A stretch of DNA of 33,752 nt, taken from positions 1 through 33,752 of the forward strand of contig JBDHIC010000021.1 of assembly GCA_039589035.1 (NCBI GenBank). Reading direction: 5' to 3'. Of the stretch, positions 10,340-19,678 are shown piece after piece. This DNA comes from Gemmatimonadota bacterium. GTDB lineage: Bacteria; Gemmatimonadota; Gemmatimonadetes; JACCXV01; JAHWKZ01. The translations under genes and the position numbers were made by a program. Under the pieces are notes generated by a model, which was not told where the DNA came from, ran no database searches, and saw only the letters and a program-made list of their open reading frames with translations. The first letter of the stretch is position 1. Each line of letters opens with the position of its first letter.

Positions 10340-11095
10340 GTGGTGACGCTGAAGAGCACTCGTGAGATCGAACGGATGCGCGCCAGCGGGCGAATCGTGG
10401 CCGAAGTGCTGGCAGCCATGGAAACAGCCATTCAGCCCGGCGTGGCAACAGCCGAGCTGGATGCGCTGGCCGAGTCGATTATCGCTGGTCACCCTGGAGC
10501 ACGACCAGCGTTCAAGGGTTATGGTGGTTTCCCGGCCGCGATCTGCGCGAGCGTGAACGAGGAGGTGGTTCACGGTATTCCCTCGGAGTCGCGCGCGCTC
10601 CAGGTTGGCGACATCGTCGGGATCGATGTCGGTGTCTTGCTAGACGGTTACCACGCTGATGCGGCGTGCACGTTTGCTGTTGGCAACGTCGCCAACGGCA
10701 CTGAAACGCTGCTGCGTGTCACGCGACAGGCTCTCGAAGCGGGAATCGAGGCGGCACGACCGGGAGGGTTTGTCGGCGATATATCAGCCGCGGTCCAGAA
10801 GGTGGCCGAAGAGGCGGGTTATTCGGTTGTTCGTGACTTGGTCGGGCACGGGATCGGTCAGCACCTGCATGAGGACCCCCAGGTGCCGAATTTCGGCACT
10901 CCGGGTCGTGGCCTGGTGCTCGAGCCGGGGTTGGTGCTCGCCATCGAACCGATGGTGAACACCGGCGCTAGCCCTGTACGAACGCTGGACGACGAGTGGA
11001 CGATCGTGACGGCTGACGGAACGCTATCGGCGCATTTTGAGCACACCGTGGCGATCACCGACAATGGGCCCGAGGTCCTAACGCGGGCCGCCTGA
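10340..11095 (+). CDS. map: Type I methionine aminopeptidase
   Basis: 251 aa with GTG start. Metal-ligand context [29 protein letters not shown]. Confidence 0.95.
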   Translation: MVTLKSTREIERMRASGRIVAEVLAAMETAIQPGVATAELDALAESIIAGHPGARPAFKGYGGFPAAICASVNEEVVHGIPSESRALQVGDIVGIDVGVLLDGYHADAACTFAVGNVANGTETLLRVTRQALEAGIEAARPGGFVGDISAAVQKVAEEAGYSVVRDLVGHGIGQHLHEDPQVPNFGTPGRGLVLEPGLVLAIEPMVNTGASPVRTLDDEWTIVTADGTLSAHFEHTVAITDNGPEVLTRAA

Positions 11096-11111
11096 GGAAG
11101 AGAGGATTCGA

Positions 11112-11225
11112 ATGAAGGTTAGAAGCTCGGTCAAACCGATCTGCGAACACTGCAAAGTCGTTCGCAGGCGTGGGGTGGTGCGGGTGATCTGCAAGAACCC
11201 CCGTCACAAGCAACGGCAAGGATAG
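11112..11225 (+). CDS. rpmJ: 50S ribosomal protein L36
   Basis: Not in the ORF track because it is under 60 aa. ATG 11112 gives [37 protein letters not shown], ending at TAG 11223-11225. Confidence 0.93.
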   Translation: MKVRSSVKPICEHCKVVRRRGVVRVICKNPRHKQRQG

Positions 11226-11231
11226 CGTGAT

Positions 11232-11615
11232 ATGGCGCGCATAGCTGGAATCGATCTGCCGCGCGAAAAGCGGGTGGAGATCGCCCTGACGTACATCTAC
11301 GGTATCGGCCGGCCCTCGGCAGATAGCATCCTCAGAAAGGCTGGGGTGGACCCGGATGTTCGCGTCCATGAGCTATCTGATGCTGACGTCAACAAGCTGC
11401 GTCAGGTTATCGAGAAGGATTTCAAGGTCGAGGGCAGTCTCAGGCAAGAAGTGAACATGAATATCAAGCGTCTGATGGACATCGGTTGTTATCGCGGCCT
11501 GCGGCATCGCCGTGGCCTGCCCGTCCGTGGTCAGCGCACGCATACCAACGCACGCACAAAGAAGGGTCCACGACGGGCGATTCCAGGTAAGAAGAAGGCG
11601 ATCGCCAAGAAGTAA
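11232..11615 (+). CDS. rpsM: 30S ribosomal protein S13
   Basis: 127 aa: [26 protein letters not shown]. Confidence 0.97.
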   Translation: MARIAGIDLPREKRVEIALTYIYGIGRPSADSILRKAGVDPDVRVHELSDADVNKLRQVIEKDFKVEGSLRQEVNMNIKRLMDIGCYRGLRHRRGLPVRGQRTHTNARTKKGPRRAIPGKKKAIAKK

Positions 11616-11633
11616 CGACCAGAGCGAGGAAGA

Positions 11634-12017
11634 ATGGCGAAACCAAGGAAAAAAAAGAAAGCACGTGTAATCGAGGCCGAAGGTATGGCCCACATACAGG
11701 CCACATTCAACAACACCCTGATCTCGATCAGCGATATGCAGGGCAACGTGGTCACGTGGGGCTCGGCCGGTAAGAGTGGTTTCAAGGGTTCGAAGAAGTC
11801 GACCCCGTTCGCAGCCCAGATCGCAGCCGAGGAATGCGCCAAGGAAGCGCTCAATCAGGGGGTCAAGCGGGTCCACGTTCGCGTGCAAGGACCCGGGTCC
11901 GGCCGGGAGTCGGCGATTCAAGCATTACAAGCAGCGGGGCTGCAAATCCGTTCCATAAAAGACGTTACGCCGATCCCTCATAACGGGTGTCGGCCGCCTA
12001 AACGACGTCGGGTATAG
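11634..12017 (+). CDS. rpsK: 30S ribosomal protein S11
   Basis: 127 aa: [20 protein letters not shown]...[18 protein letters not shown]. Confidence 0.97.
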   Translation: MAKPRKKKKARVIEAEGMAHIQATFNNTLISISDMQGNVVTWGSAGKSGFKGSKKSTPFAAQIAAEECAKEALNQGVKRVHVRVQGPGSGRESAIQALQAAGLQIRSIKDVTPIPHNGCRPPKRRRV

Positions 12018-12035
12018 ACATAAAGGAGCAACTTG

Positions 12036-12671
12036 ATGGCGCGTTACGCGGGACCAGTCTGCAAGCTTTGTAGGCGTGAGAGTCAGAAGCTGTTTCTCAA
12101 GGGCACTCGGTGCTATACGGAGAAGTGTGCCATCGAGCGGCGCGGTTATCCGCCCGGCATCCACGGTCGGCAAGCGGGCCGGCGACGCAAACAATCGGAA
12201 TACTCGGTGCAGCTGCGCGAGAAACAAAAGGTGCGGCGCATCTATGGTGTGCTGGAAACACAGTTTCGGAACTACTTCCAGAAATCGGCCGCACGGCCCG
12301 GTGTTACCGGCGAGAACCTGTTGATCATGCTTGAGCGTCGGCTCGACAACGTCGTCTATCGATTGGGACTCGCGCCGTCGCGGAAGGCGGCCCGACAGCT
12401 AGTGAGGCACCGTCATATCCAGGTTAATGATCGTATCGTCGATATCCCGTCTTTTCAGGTGTCACCCGGCGATGAGATCCGTGTGAAGGAGAGAAGCCGC
12501 GAGATGCCCTTGATTCTCGGGGCCATCGAGAGCCGTGGCAAGGAAGGCACGCTCCCGTGGCTGGAAGTCGACTTCAAGTCGATGGCTGGCCGCATGCTCG
12601 AGCTGCCGACCCGGGAGACGATCCCGATCGCAGCCGAGGAACAGTTGATCGTTGAGCTTTATTCCAAGTAA
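12036..12671 (+). CDS. rpsD: 30S ribosomal protein S4
   Basis: [15 protein letters not shown]... The ATG at 12036 lies 7 nt after AAGGAG. The ORF track begins one codon earlier at a TTG. Confidence 0.96.
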   Translation: MARYAGPVCKLCRRESQKLFLKGTRCYTEKCAIERRGYPPGIHGRQAGRRRKQSEYSVQLREKQKVRRIYGVLETQFRNYFQKSAARPGVTGENLLIMLERRLDNVVYRLGLAPSRKAARQLVRHRHIQVNDRIVDIPSFQVSPGDEIRVKERSREMPLILGAIESRGKEGTLPWLEVDFKSMAGRMLELPTRETIPIAAEEQLIVELYSK

Positions 12672-12705
12672 CAGAAATCGGATGTATCGATCGCAGGAGG
12701 ACCTG

Positions 12706-13773
12706 ATGGCTTTGGAGAACTTCGTATTACCGAGGCGTGTTGAGAAAGACACTACCTCTTTGACGGAGACTTTTGGCGAGTTCACGATCCAGCCGCTTGA
12801 ACGCGGTTTTGGTCTCACGCTTGGTAACGCGATGCGCCGCGTGTTGTTGTCATCGCTGGAGGGAGCCGCCGTCTCAGGCGTTAAGATCGACAACGTATTG
12901 CATGAATTTTCCACGATTCCGGGGAGTGTGAACGACACGGCCGAGCTTGTCATGAACCTGAAACGGCTCGTTGTTTCTCTGGCGGATGATGTGGAGGAGA
13001 GCACGCTAAGGCTGAGCAGGAGCAAGCGCGGCGTAGTTACTGCCGAGGCGTTTGAGAAGAACCCACAAGTTGAGATCCTCAACCCGGAGCTGGAACTGCT
13101 GACGCTTGATGAGAACAAGAAGTTCGAAATGGAAGTGTTTGTCCGGCGCGGTCGCGGTTACGTCCCTGCTGATCAGGATGACAGCGAACGGCGCCAGGAG
13201 ATCGGGTTCATCCCTGTCGATTCGATATTCAGCCCGGTTGTAAAGGCGAACTTCGAGGTCGAGAACACGCGCGTTGGCCGGCGCACCGACTATGATCGCT
13301 TGACTCTTCACGTTACGACCGACGGCGCGTTGGACCCCGAAGACGCGGTCGCACAGGCAGCAGAGATCTTGCGGACCCATTTCGAGTATTTCCTGTCCTT
13401 TGACGAACCGCAGCAGGAGCTCGAGGGTGAGCTCGAGGAAAAGCACAATCGGTTCAAGGAGCTCTTCGCACGGCCGGTCGAGGAACTTGAGCTGTCGGTC
13501 CGCTCGAGCAATTGCCTCAAAGCCTCGAACATCCGAACGCTTGGTGACTTGGTTCAGCGCAGCGAACCGGAGATGTTGCAGTTTAGAAATTTCGGCAAGA
13601 AGTCGTTGGACGAGATCTCGGACATCTTGCAGCGCCACGGGCTGCACTTCGACATGAAGGTGACGGGGTCGCCAGAGTCGGGCTACGTGCTACAGGACGT
13701 CGAGGAGCTGAGGCGGCTGCCAGACATCGAGTTCGACGAAGATGGAGACGAGGAAGCCGGAGAAGAAAGCTAG
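12706..13773 (+). CDS. rpoA: DNA-directed RNA polymerase subunit alpha
   Basis: MALENFVLP...GFGLTLGNAMRRVLLSS... C-terminal domain ELELSVRSSNCLK. ATG 12706 follows AGGAGG. The ORF-track start at 12652 overlaps rpsD. Confidence 0.96.
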   Translation: MALENFVLPRRVEKDTTSLTETFGEFTIQPLERGFGLTLGNAMRRVLLSSLEGAAVSGVKIDNVLHEFSTIPGSVNDTAELVMNLKRLVVSLADDVEESTLRLSRSKRGVVTAEAFEKNPQVEILNPELELLTLDENKKFEMEVFVRRGRGYVPADQDDSERRQEIGFIPVDSIFSPVVKANFEVENTRVGRRTDYDRLTLHVTTDGALDPEDAVAQAAEILRTHFEYFLSFDEPQQELEGELEEKHNRFKELFARPVEELELSVRSSNCLKASNIRTLGDLVQRSEPEMLQFRNFGKKSLDEISDILQRHGLHFDMKVTGSPESGYVLQDVEELRRLPDIEFDEDGDEEAGEES

Positions 13774-13808
13774 CGGCGGCTCAGTCGCTCGAGCGCGAGG
13801 TAGATGAG

Positions 13809-14213
13809 ATGAAGCATCGGAAGAAAGGCAAGCAACTTGGTCGTGACGCCGCGCACCGGTTGGCGATGACCCGGAACCTCGTTACGAGCCTGTTCCGGCA
13901 TGGGCGGGTCGAGACCACGCTCGCCCGCGCAAAGTGGGTAAGGCCCATAGCCGAGAAGCTTGTCACATTGGGCAAACGCGGGGATCTCCACGCCCGCCGC
14001 CAAGCTGCGCAGTACATCCAAGACAAGAAGGTCCTACAGGGCCTCTTCAACTACTGGGCTGGGTTGTATCCTGACCGCCAGGGCGGTTATACGCGAATCT
14101 TGAAAGGTGACTTCCGCCACGGTGACGGCGCTGAGATCGCCTACATTGAGTTGATCGGCCCCGACGGCGGCGCTGCGCCACCACCTCGCGGTGAAGCGAC
14201 CGCTGCCGAGTAA
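13809..14213 (+). CDS. rplQ: 50S ribosomal protein L17
   Basis: 134 aa: MKHRKKGKQLGRDAAHRLAMTRNL. Confidence 0.96.
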   Translation: MKHRKKGKQLGRDAAHRLAMTRNLVTSLFRHGRVETTLARAKWVRPIAEKLVTLGKRGDLHARRQAAQYIQDKKVLQGLFNYWAGLYPDRQGGYTRILKGDFRHGDGAEIAYIELIGPDGGAAPPPRGEATAAE

Positions 14214-14263
14214 CTGCCCCCTATAGACCAACTAGCGACGATATCTGCTCCCGCGAGAGGGGG

Positions 14264-14902
14264 TTGCGCGTCGTGTCGTTCATAATGAGCCCAGGATCGA
14301 TCTGGGCAGTGGTATTGGCCCTGGGGACCCTGGCCCACCCAGCTTGGTCGCAGTCGTTACCTCCAGCCGCTGTCCGAGGCAATGTCGGCGCGGTACTCGA
14401 GATCGTCGAATTCAGCGATTTTCAGTGTCGGTTCTGCGGGCGTGCGAAACCGGTTATCGACTCATTGTTCGCAAAGTACGGTGATCAGGTACGGCTCGAG
14501 TATCGCCACTACCCTTTGCCCGCTCATGCCTATGCAGGGCGCGCGGCGCAGGCAGCCGTCGAGGCCCAAGAGCAGGGCGCGTTTTGGCGCTACCACGATT
14601 TACTCTTCGCGCACCAAGATCGGCTCACCGATGTTGATTTGATCGGTTATGCGGACTCGTTGAATCTGGACACCGACCGCTTTGCGAGTGCGCTCTCAAA
14701 CAGCAAACATGTCGAGATCGTCGAGCGCGACATCGCGCTGGGTCTCTCATTGGCGGTCACCGGTACGCCCACGTTCTTTATCAATGGTTATCGGCTAGTC
14801 GGGGTGCCGCCACTGTGGGTTTTTGAGACGGCACTCGAAGTCTTCCGGACGGAACAAGTCGAGAAGCGAGTTCTGGAGCCAGTCGGGGAGCCGGACGGAT
14901 AG
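14264..14902 (+). CDS. DsbA-family thiol:disulfide oxidoreductase, secreted
   Basis: Thioredoxin-fold CxxC (FSDFQCRFCGRA) and TGTPTFFING motif. N-terminal signal-like segment. Start is ambiguous (TTG 14264, GTG 14273 or ATG 14285). Confidence 0.8.
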   Translation: MRVVSFIMSPGSIWAVVLALGTLAHPAWSQSLPPAAVRGNVGAVLEIVEFSDFQCRFCGRAKPVIDSLFAKYGDQVRLEYRHYPLPAHAYAGRAAQAAVEAQEQGAFWRYHDLLFAHQDRLTDVDLIGYADSLNLDTDRFASALSNSKHVEIVERDIALGLSLAVTGTPTFFINGYRLVGVPPLWVFETALEVFRTEQVEKRVLEPVGEPDG

Positions 14903-14903
14903 C

Positions 14904-14919
14904 CGCCGCCTAGGCGGCG
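14904..14919. terminator. GC-rich palindrome between convergent genes; possible bidirectional terminator hairpin
   Basis: CCGCCGCC-TA-GGCGGCG is a perfect inverted repeat centred at 14911/14912, between the DsbA-like stop (14902) and the minus-strand ORF stop (14910). No clear U-tract. Confidence 0.3.
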
Positions 14920-15179
14920 TCTGATTGCTCGTCCTGGGGCTCTGGGTCAGGCGTCCGGACCGTCCTTGCGTCCTTGCAGTGAGGGCTCAGGAAAACCTGG
15001 CGGAGCTCGTCACGACCGGCACAGACCTGGAGTCGTGTTCCACCAGTATCGCGAACCTCGTAGGTGACGATCGTCTGTTTTTTGTACTCTGGGCGGTCCT
15101 TCAGCATCCGGGCCAACAGCACGCGCATGTTCCGGGTTGAGTACCGCTGCCGAAGTTGCTCCAAGTCAAAATTGGCCAT
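14910..15179 (-). CDS. Hypothetical protein, 89 aa, no recognisable family
   Basis: ORF of coding-like composition in an otherwise unoccupied slot. No motif recognised. Confidence 0.45.
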   Translation of the reverse strand: MANFDLEQLRQRYSTRNMRVLLARMLKDRPEYKKQTIVTYEVRDTGGTRLQVCAGRDELRQVFLSPHCKDARTVRTPDPEPQDEQSDAA

Positions 15180-15197
15180 ATTTGACTCCGAAAGAAT

Positions 15198-16265
15198 ATG
15201 AAATTGTCACAAACCCTTAATTTACCCCGATTTCGAGGAATCGTCCACTGGTCTAGCGCGGCTGTTCTGAGCGCCAACCTTGCAGCGACGACACCCGCCG
15301 CGGCGCAGAGCGACGCCGCATCGTTCTCTACGCCCTGCGCCGTCTGGGTTGTCCGAAACGCCCTTGGAAGTCGCGCCGCCTGGCTGGAGGCGTTGGCTGC
15401 AGTTGAGCGCGTTGGGTGTCGGCGGATCTACTTACAGGTGTCGGGTCGGTGGGATGCGTATTACCCGAGTCGCGTCTTTCCACCGCCAGCGCGAGATCCG
15501 GCACAGCCGGGTTGGGAGGACCCTTTCGGGGAAGCCGTGGAGTCTGCACACTCTCGTGGGTTCGAGGTGCACGCGTGGGTCAACGCGATGTTGGCCTGGT
15601 CGGCGCCTGACCCGCCGCGAGACCCCTCGCACGTGTATCGTCGTCGACCGGAATGGTTTGTGGCGGATCGCTCTGGGCGTTCGATTCGTGAACTGAGTCG
15701 GAGAGAACTGGACCGTGCAGGCCTGATAGGCGAAGGGTGGTTTCTGGATCCATCCCGAATGGAGGTCCGGACCGAGCTGCGTCGATTCGTATTGGAGCTG
15801 GTGCTACGCTATCCGGTGGAAGGCATCCATCTGGATTACATCCGATACCCGAGCGGTTGGGCGCCCGAATCGGGCAGTGCAGCTCTGACCTATCTGGTGG
15901 GCCTCATTCACGATGATCTGGCCTTGGCGAAGCCCGAGGTCGCCCTGTCGGCTGCGGTTTTGCCGATCCCGGTGGAGGCCGATCGGTCGTTTGGACAGGA
16001 TTGGAGCACGTGGCTCGAGCGCGGGCTGGTCGCCGAAGTCGTACCGATGGCCTATAGGGATCGGCCCGAGGACGTCCTGCGGATCGTTCGCGGTTATCCT
16101 TCGAGCTTGACACGAGCGAAGCTGTGGATCGGCCTACGTCTCGACCGGCTAAACCCAGCTGAGGCTCGGCAGGTGGCGGAAAATCTGGCTCCGGACGGGG
16201 TAGCCGGTCAGGCCCTGTTTAGCCATAACCTGCTACTCGAGGACCCGGCTTGGCGGGCGCGCTAA
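15198..16265 (+). CDS. Glycoside-hydrolase-like GHL10 / DUF187 family protein (family 10 glycosylhydrolase-like)
   Basis: 355 aa: YLQV...GRWDAYYPS, AHSRGFEVHAWVN, GWFLDP, GIHLDYIRYPS are typical of this family. The true start is uncertain because the first ~40 nt are AT-rich. Confidence 0.7.
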   Translation: MKLSQTLNLPRFRGIVHWSSAAVLSANLAATTPAAAQSDAASFSTPCAVWVVRNALGSRAAWLEALAAVERVGCRRIYLQVSGRWDAYYPSRVFPPPARDPAQPGWEDPFGEAVESAHSRGFEVHAWVNAMLAWSAPDPPRDPSHVYRRRPEWFVADRSGRSIRELSRRELDRAGLIGEGWFLDPSRMEVRTELRRFVLELVLRYPVEGIHLDYIRYPSGWAPESGSAALTYLVGLIHDDLALAKPEVALSAAVLPIPVEADRSFGQDWSTWLERGLVAEVVPMAYRDRPEDVLRIVRGYPSSLTRAKLWIGLRLDRLNPAEARQVAENLAPDGVAGQALFSHNLLLEDPAWRAR

Positions 16266-16274
16266 ACTGGGGGG

Positions 16275-16493
16275 TTAGCCCTGTGGCGCGGCGGTGTCCG
16301 TCGAATCGGGGAGGCGAGCCCTCCGACGCTTCATGTAGGGCGAAACCAGGACTAGCACCAGCCCCAAGACGACCCCGGCTCCCTGCCGCCAGCCGAACCC
16401 CGAACTCTGCCCCACGCCGACCTGATCCGCAAAGAACGAAACCAGAATGATCAACAACCCAGCGATCGTGAGGAGATTCCATGTCTTTGTCAC
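16275..16493 (-). CDS. Small hypothetical membrane protein (two predicted TM helices)
   Basis: 72 aa with two hydrophobic stretches (LLTIAGLLIILVSFF, GAGVVLGLVLVLV). Lies 15 nt downstream of rpmB on the same strand. Confidence 0.5.
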   Translation of the reverse strand: MTKTWNLLTIAGLLIILVSFFADQVGVGQSSGFGWRQGAGVVLGLVLVLVSPYMKRRRARLPDSTDTAAPQG

Positions 16494-16508
16494 TGCACAC
16501 CTCCTTGG

Positions 16509-16700
16509 CTAAACCGCCTTGCGAACCTTGTTGGCTCGGATGCAGCTGGCACAAACGCGGACGCGCTTGACGCCACCATTATCTCGTACCCGTACGCTCT
16601 GTAGATTGGGGAGGAATCGGCGACGCCGCTTGTTGTGAGCGTGACTTACAGTGTTTCCCGAGCGGGGTCCCTTACCGCAGACATAGCAAACTTTGGCCAT
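16509..16700 (-). CDS. rpmB: 50S ribosomal protein L28
   Basis: [34 protein letters not shown]... The ATG at 16700 is chosen over the upstream TTG of the ORF track. Confidence 0.93.
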   Translation of the reverse strand: MAKVCYVCGKGPRSGNTVSHAHNKRRRRFLPNLQSVRVRDNGGVKRVRVCASCIRANKVRKAV

Positions 16701-16806
16701 GGTATTATCCTGACGCAATCAACGAGATTAGAAGTTATCCGAGAAGGAAAATAAAAATATAGATCGCCCGATAATTCGGGACAAGCTGGAGCGATCTTAT
16801 ATTGAG

Positions 16807-17808
16807 GTGCCCACTTCTATGAGCGAACCATTTCACCCCCGGCGCGTGCTGGTCACCGGAGGGGCCGGCTTTATCGGCTCCCATGTCGCAGATCGCTACT
16901 TGGCCGAGGGTTGCGAGGTCACGGTTTTAGATGACCTCTCCACCGGCAAACGAGATCGCGTACCGGAGGGTGCCAAGTTCGTCCAACTGGGACTGAACAG
17001 CGACGAGATCGACTCGGTTTTTGACCGTGGCCGATTCGATCTGGTCAACCACCATGCCGCTCAGATGGATGTCAGGGTGTCGGTCACCGATCCGGCGCGT
17101 GACGCCCGCACAAACGTCCTCGGCCTGCTCAACGTGCTCGAGTCCGCTCGGCGCCACGAGACACGGCGAGTCGTGTATATATCGTCAGGCGGTGTCGTGT
17201 ACGGTGAGCCGACAGTCATCCCAACACCGGAAGACCATCCTCTTCGACCGTTGTCACCCTACGGGGTCACCAAGTTGGTTGGCGAGCAGTACTTGCATTA
17301 CTACGCCCACGTACATGGGTTGGACTATGCCGCCCTCCGGTACAGCAACGTATACGGGCCTCGCCAAGAGCCACACGGTGAGGCCGGGGTGATAGCGATC
17401 TTCGCGGCACGGATTCTCGAGGGGAAGCCAATTACGATATTTGGTAATGGTAGGCAGGAGCGGGACTACGTCCACGTCGCGGATGTCGTTGAAGCCAACT
17501 GGCGTGTCAGTACGCGGCCATTGCCTCCACCCGACACGATCGTCGCACGAGCGTGGAACATCGGCACCGGTCGGGGTACCAGCGTCGGTGAGCTTGCGGA
17601 TTTGTTGATGGCTGGAGCCGGACGCGAAGTGGAGCGAGCACTCGCGGCTGCTCGCGCGGGTGAACTCGAGCGTAGCGTTCTCGATATCGCCAAAGCCGAG
17701 CGGGAGCTCGAGTGGCGGCCGACCGTACCCCTCAAGGGTGGCCTGGAGCAGACCATGAGATACATCGAACGGCAGATCAACTCTGAACCCTCGGCGGATT
17801 CGTCATGA
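16807..17808 (+). CDS. NAD-dependent epimerase/dehydratase (extended SDR, GalE-like)
   Basis: VLVTGGAGFIGSH Rossmann motif and YxxxK (PYGVTKLVGE). Alternative start ATG 16819. The stop overlaps the tolQ start (ATGA). Confidence 0.88.
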   Translation: MPTSMSEPFHPRRVLVTGGAGFIGSHVADRYLAEGCEVTVLDDLSTGKRDRVPEGAKFVQLGLNSDEIDSVFDRGRFDLVNHHAAQMDVRVSVTDPARDARTNVLGLLNVLESARRHETRRVVYISSGGVVYGEPTVIPTPEDHPLRPLSPYGVTKLVGEQYLHYYAHVHGLDYAALRYSNVYGPRQEPHGEAGVIAIFAARILEGKPITIFGNGRQERDYVHVADVVEANWRVSTRPLPPPDTIVARAWNIGTGRGTSVGELADLLMAGAGREVERALAAARAGELERSVLDIAKAERELEWRPTVPLKGGLEQTMRYIERQINSEPSADSS

Positions 17809-18578
17809 TCGAGCTCCTTCAGCTGGGGTCCCGCTCGTTGCCGGCCGAGCCGTCAATCTGGACCATGGTTCTCACCGCCGGCTGGTTTGCGAAGGGGATT
17901 CTCCTCGTGCTGCTCGGCTTCTCGCTCATTTCCTGGGCCATAATCTTCCGCAAGCTGGTGATCTTCAGGAAGCTCAAGGGGAAGCGGCAGCAGTTCTTTC
18001 ATGCCTTTGAACGGCGATCCGGGATGGCCGAGGCGTACCAAACCGCGCTGGCGATCCCCGCCAACCCGTTGACTGAAGTGTTCAAGGCTGGGGTTCGCGA
18101 GCTGAAGCATTTGAGTCAACGCAGTGAGTTGAGCCCTCGCGGGGAGGATCCCGTGGGGGCCACTTCGGGTAGTGTGACGGCACCGCCTAGGGGAGCCACC
18201 ACGATCACGATACTGGAAAAGGAATCGATCCACATGGCGCTCGAGCGAGAAGCCGCTCAGCAAGTCGAAATGCTGGAAGAGGGGTTGCCTTTCTTAGCCA
18301 CCACCGGCAGCGTGGCACCGTTCTTTGGGTTGCTCGGCACCGTGTGGGGGATCATGGACGCATTTTTGTCGATCGGGCTCCGAGGGTCGGGTAACATCAA
18401 CGTGGTCGCGCCAGGCGTGGCCGAGGCGCTAATCACCACGATTGCCGGTCTGGCGGTCGCCATCCCCGCGGTCATCGGTTACAACTACTTCGTTAGCCAG
18501 ATAAAGGAGATCGGGGATGAGCTGGGTCACTTCTCGTCCGAGCTCATCAACGTGATCCTCCGCGAACGACGGGGGTAA
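17805..18578 (+). CDS. tolQ: MotA/TolQ/ExbB proton-channel protein (TolQ by context)
   Basis: 257 aa with 3 TM. LPFLATTGSVAPFFGLLGTVWGIM and APGVAEALITTIAGL motifs. Confidence 0.9.
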   Translation: MIELLQLGSRSLPAEPSIWTMVLTAGWFAKGILLVLLGFSLISWAIIFRKLVIFRKLKGKRQQFFHAFERRSGMAEAYQTALAIPANPLTEVFKAGVRELKHLSQRSELSPRGEDPVGATSGSVTAPPRGATTITILEKESIHMALEREAAQQVEMLEEGLPFLATTGSVAPFFGLLGTVWGIMDAFLSIGLRGSGNINVVAPGVAEALITTIAGLAVAIPAVIGYNYFVSQIKEIGDELGHFSSELINVILRERRG

Positions 18579-18579
18579 C

Positions 18580-18993
18580 GTGGCGTCGCCGCTCAAACGC
18601 GAGCACGGGTTGCTGGCCGACATCAACGTCACATCGCTTGTCGACGTCACCATCGTGCTGCTCATCATGTTCATGATCATCGCCCCGATCTCGCAGGGCG
18701 GGATCGAGGTGCGGGTGCCTCAGACGGAGAGCGCCGCGCTGCCGTCGTCGGAGGCGATCCTGGTATCGGTGGATGCCGATGGTAGGGTCTTCATCGATCG
18801 AACCGAGGTTCGCCCGGATGCGCTGGGTGAAGTGCTCGAGCAGGTACGGCAGAGTCGTGGCCTGGCCCGCGTGTACCTGCGAGCCGATGAGGCCAACACT
18901 TACGGTCGGGTGATGGAGGTCATGGGACAACTCCAACTGGCTGGATTCGAGAACGTTGGCTTGGTAACCGAGCCCCCACCAGTCGATCGGTGA
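18580..18993 (+). CDS. tolR: ExbD/TolR family protein
   Basis: 137 aa with GTG start. INVTSLVDVTIVLLIMFMI and a periplasmic ExbD domain. Confidence 0.9.
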   Translation: MASPLKREHGLLADINVTSLVDVTIVLLIMFMIIAPISQGGIEVRVPQTESAALPSSEAILVSVDADGRVFIDRTEVRPDALGEVLEQVRQSRGLARVYLRADEANTYGRVMEVMGQLQLAGFENVGLVTEPPPVDR

Positions 18994-19589
18994 AGCGGGC
19001 GCTGCTGACGTCGGCGGCGTTTCATGTCCTGCTCGGAGCCGGTGCCTTCTTGCTCGGGCTTCGTGGTCCGACTCGTCCCGATCTACCGCCCGTCTACCAG
19101 GTGAATCTGGTTCAGGCTGCCGAGCTACCACCCCGACCGACGCCCCCCGAGCCCGAGCCGATCGTGGAAGAGCCTCCCGAGGAGCCAGAGGCCGTGGAAA
19201 AGGTGCCTGAACCCGAGGCCGAGCCACCCAAGCCGGAACCAAAGGACGAGCGCCCCGAGGCGATCGAGCGAGGTCCCAGCCTGCCGGTGACGCTCGAGGG
19301 GCAGCCGTTCGAGTTCCCTTGGTACCTAGAGGCGTTGGTTCGTAAGGTCGAGCGGAACTGGCGGCCCGGTGAAGGTGCGCTTAAGACCACCATCTATTTC
19401 CGGGTCGATCGAACCGGTCAGATCAGCGATGTGAAGGTGGCGGAACCCAGCGGGAGTTTTCTCTTTGACCGCGCAGCTCGGCGCGCCGTCGAGGCGAGCC
19501 ATCCGATGCCACCCCTCCCGGCGGAGTATTCAGGCGATTATCTGGGTGTTTACTTCGACTTTGACGCTGGGGTTCGTCCCTCCGGCTGA
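18990..19589 (+). CDS. TonB-C-domain energy transducer in the TolA position of the cluster
   Basis: 199 aa with N-terminal TM, a Pro/Glu-rich linker (PPRPTPPEPEPIVEEPPEEPE...) and a C-terminal TonB-like domain. GTGA overlap with tolR. Confidence 0.8.
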   Translation: MKRALLTSAAFHVLLGAGAFLLGLRGPTRPDLPPVYQVNLVQAAELPPRPTPPEPEPIVEEPPEEPEAVEKVPEPEAEPPKPEPKDERPEAIERGPSLPVTLEGQPFEFPWYLEALVRKVERNWRPGEGALKTTIYFRVDRTGQISDVKVAEPSGSFLFDRAARRAVEASHPMPPLPAEYSGDYLGVYFDFDAGVRPSG

Positions 19590-19678
19590 GGGCGGAACCC
19601 CCCGCTCCGACCGCGGTACTACATATGATTGGTCCCCATCCTGAACCTGAGGTTCCAACCGATACTTAGGGGGTTTTT

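Noticed and set aside
12462-13647. Two long minus-strand ORFs (218 and 213 aa) antisense to rpsD/rpoA
   Set aside because: Same reasoning as above: they overlap conserved genes and give Ser/Arg-rich nonsense-like translations.
17940-17980. Repeated IFRKL peptide in TolQ, suspected as another duplication artefact
   Set aside because: The two copies use different codons and are in frame, so this is natural sequence rather than an assembly duplication.
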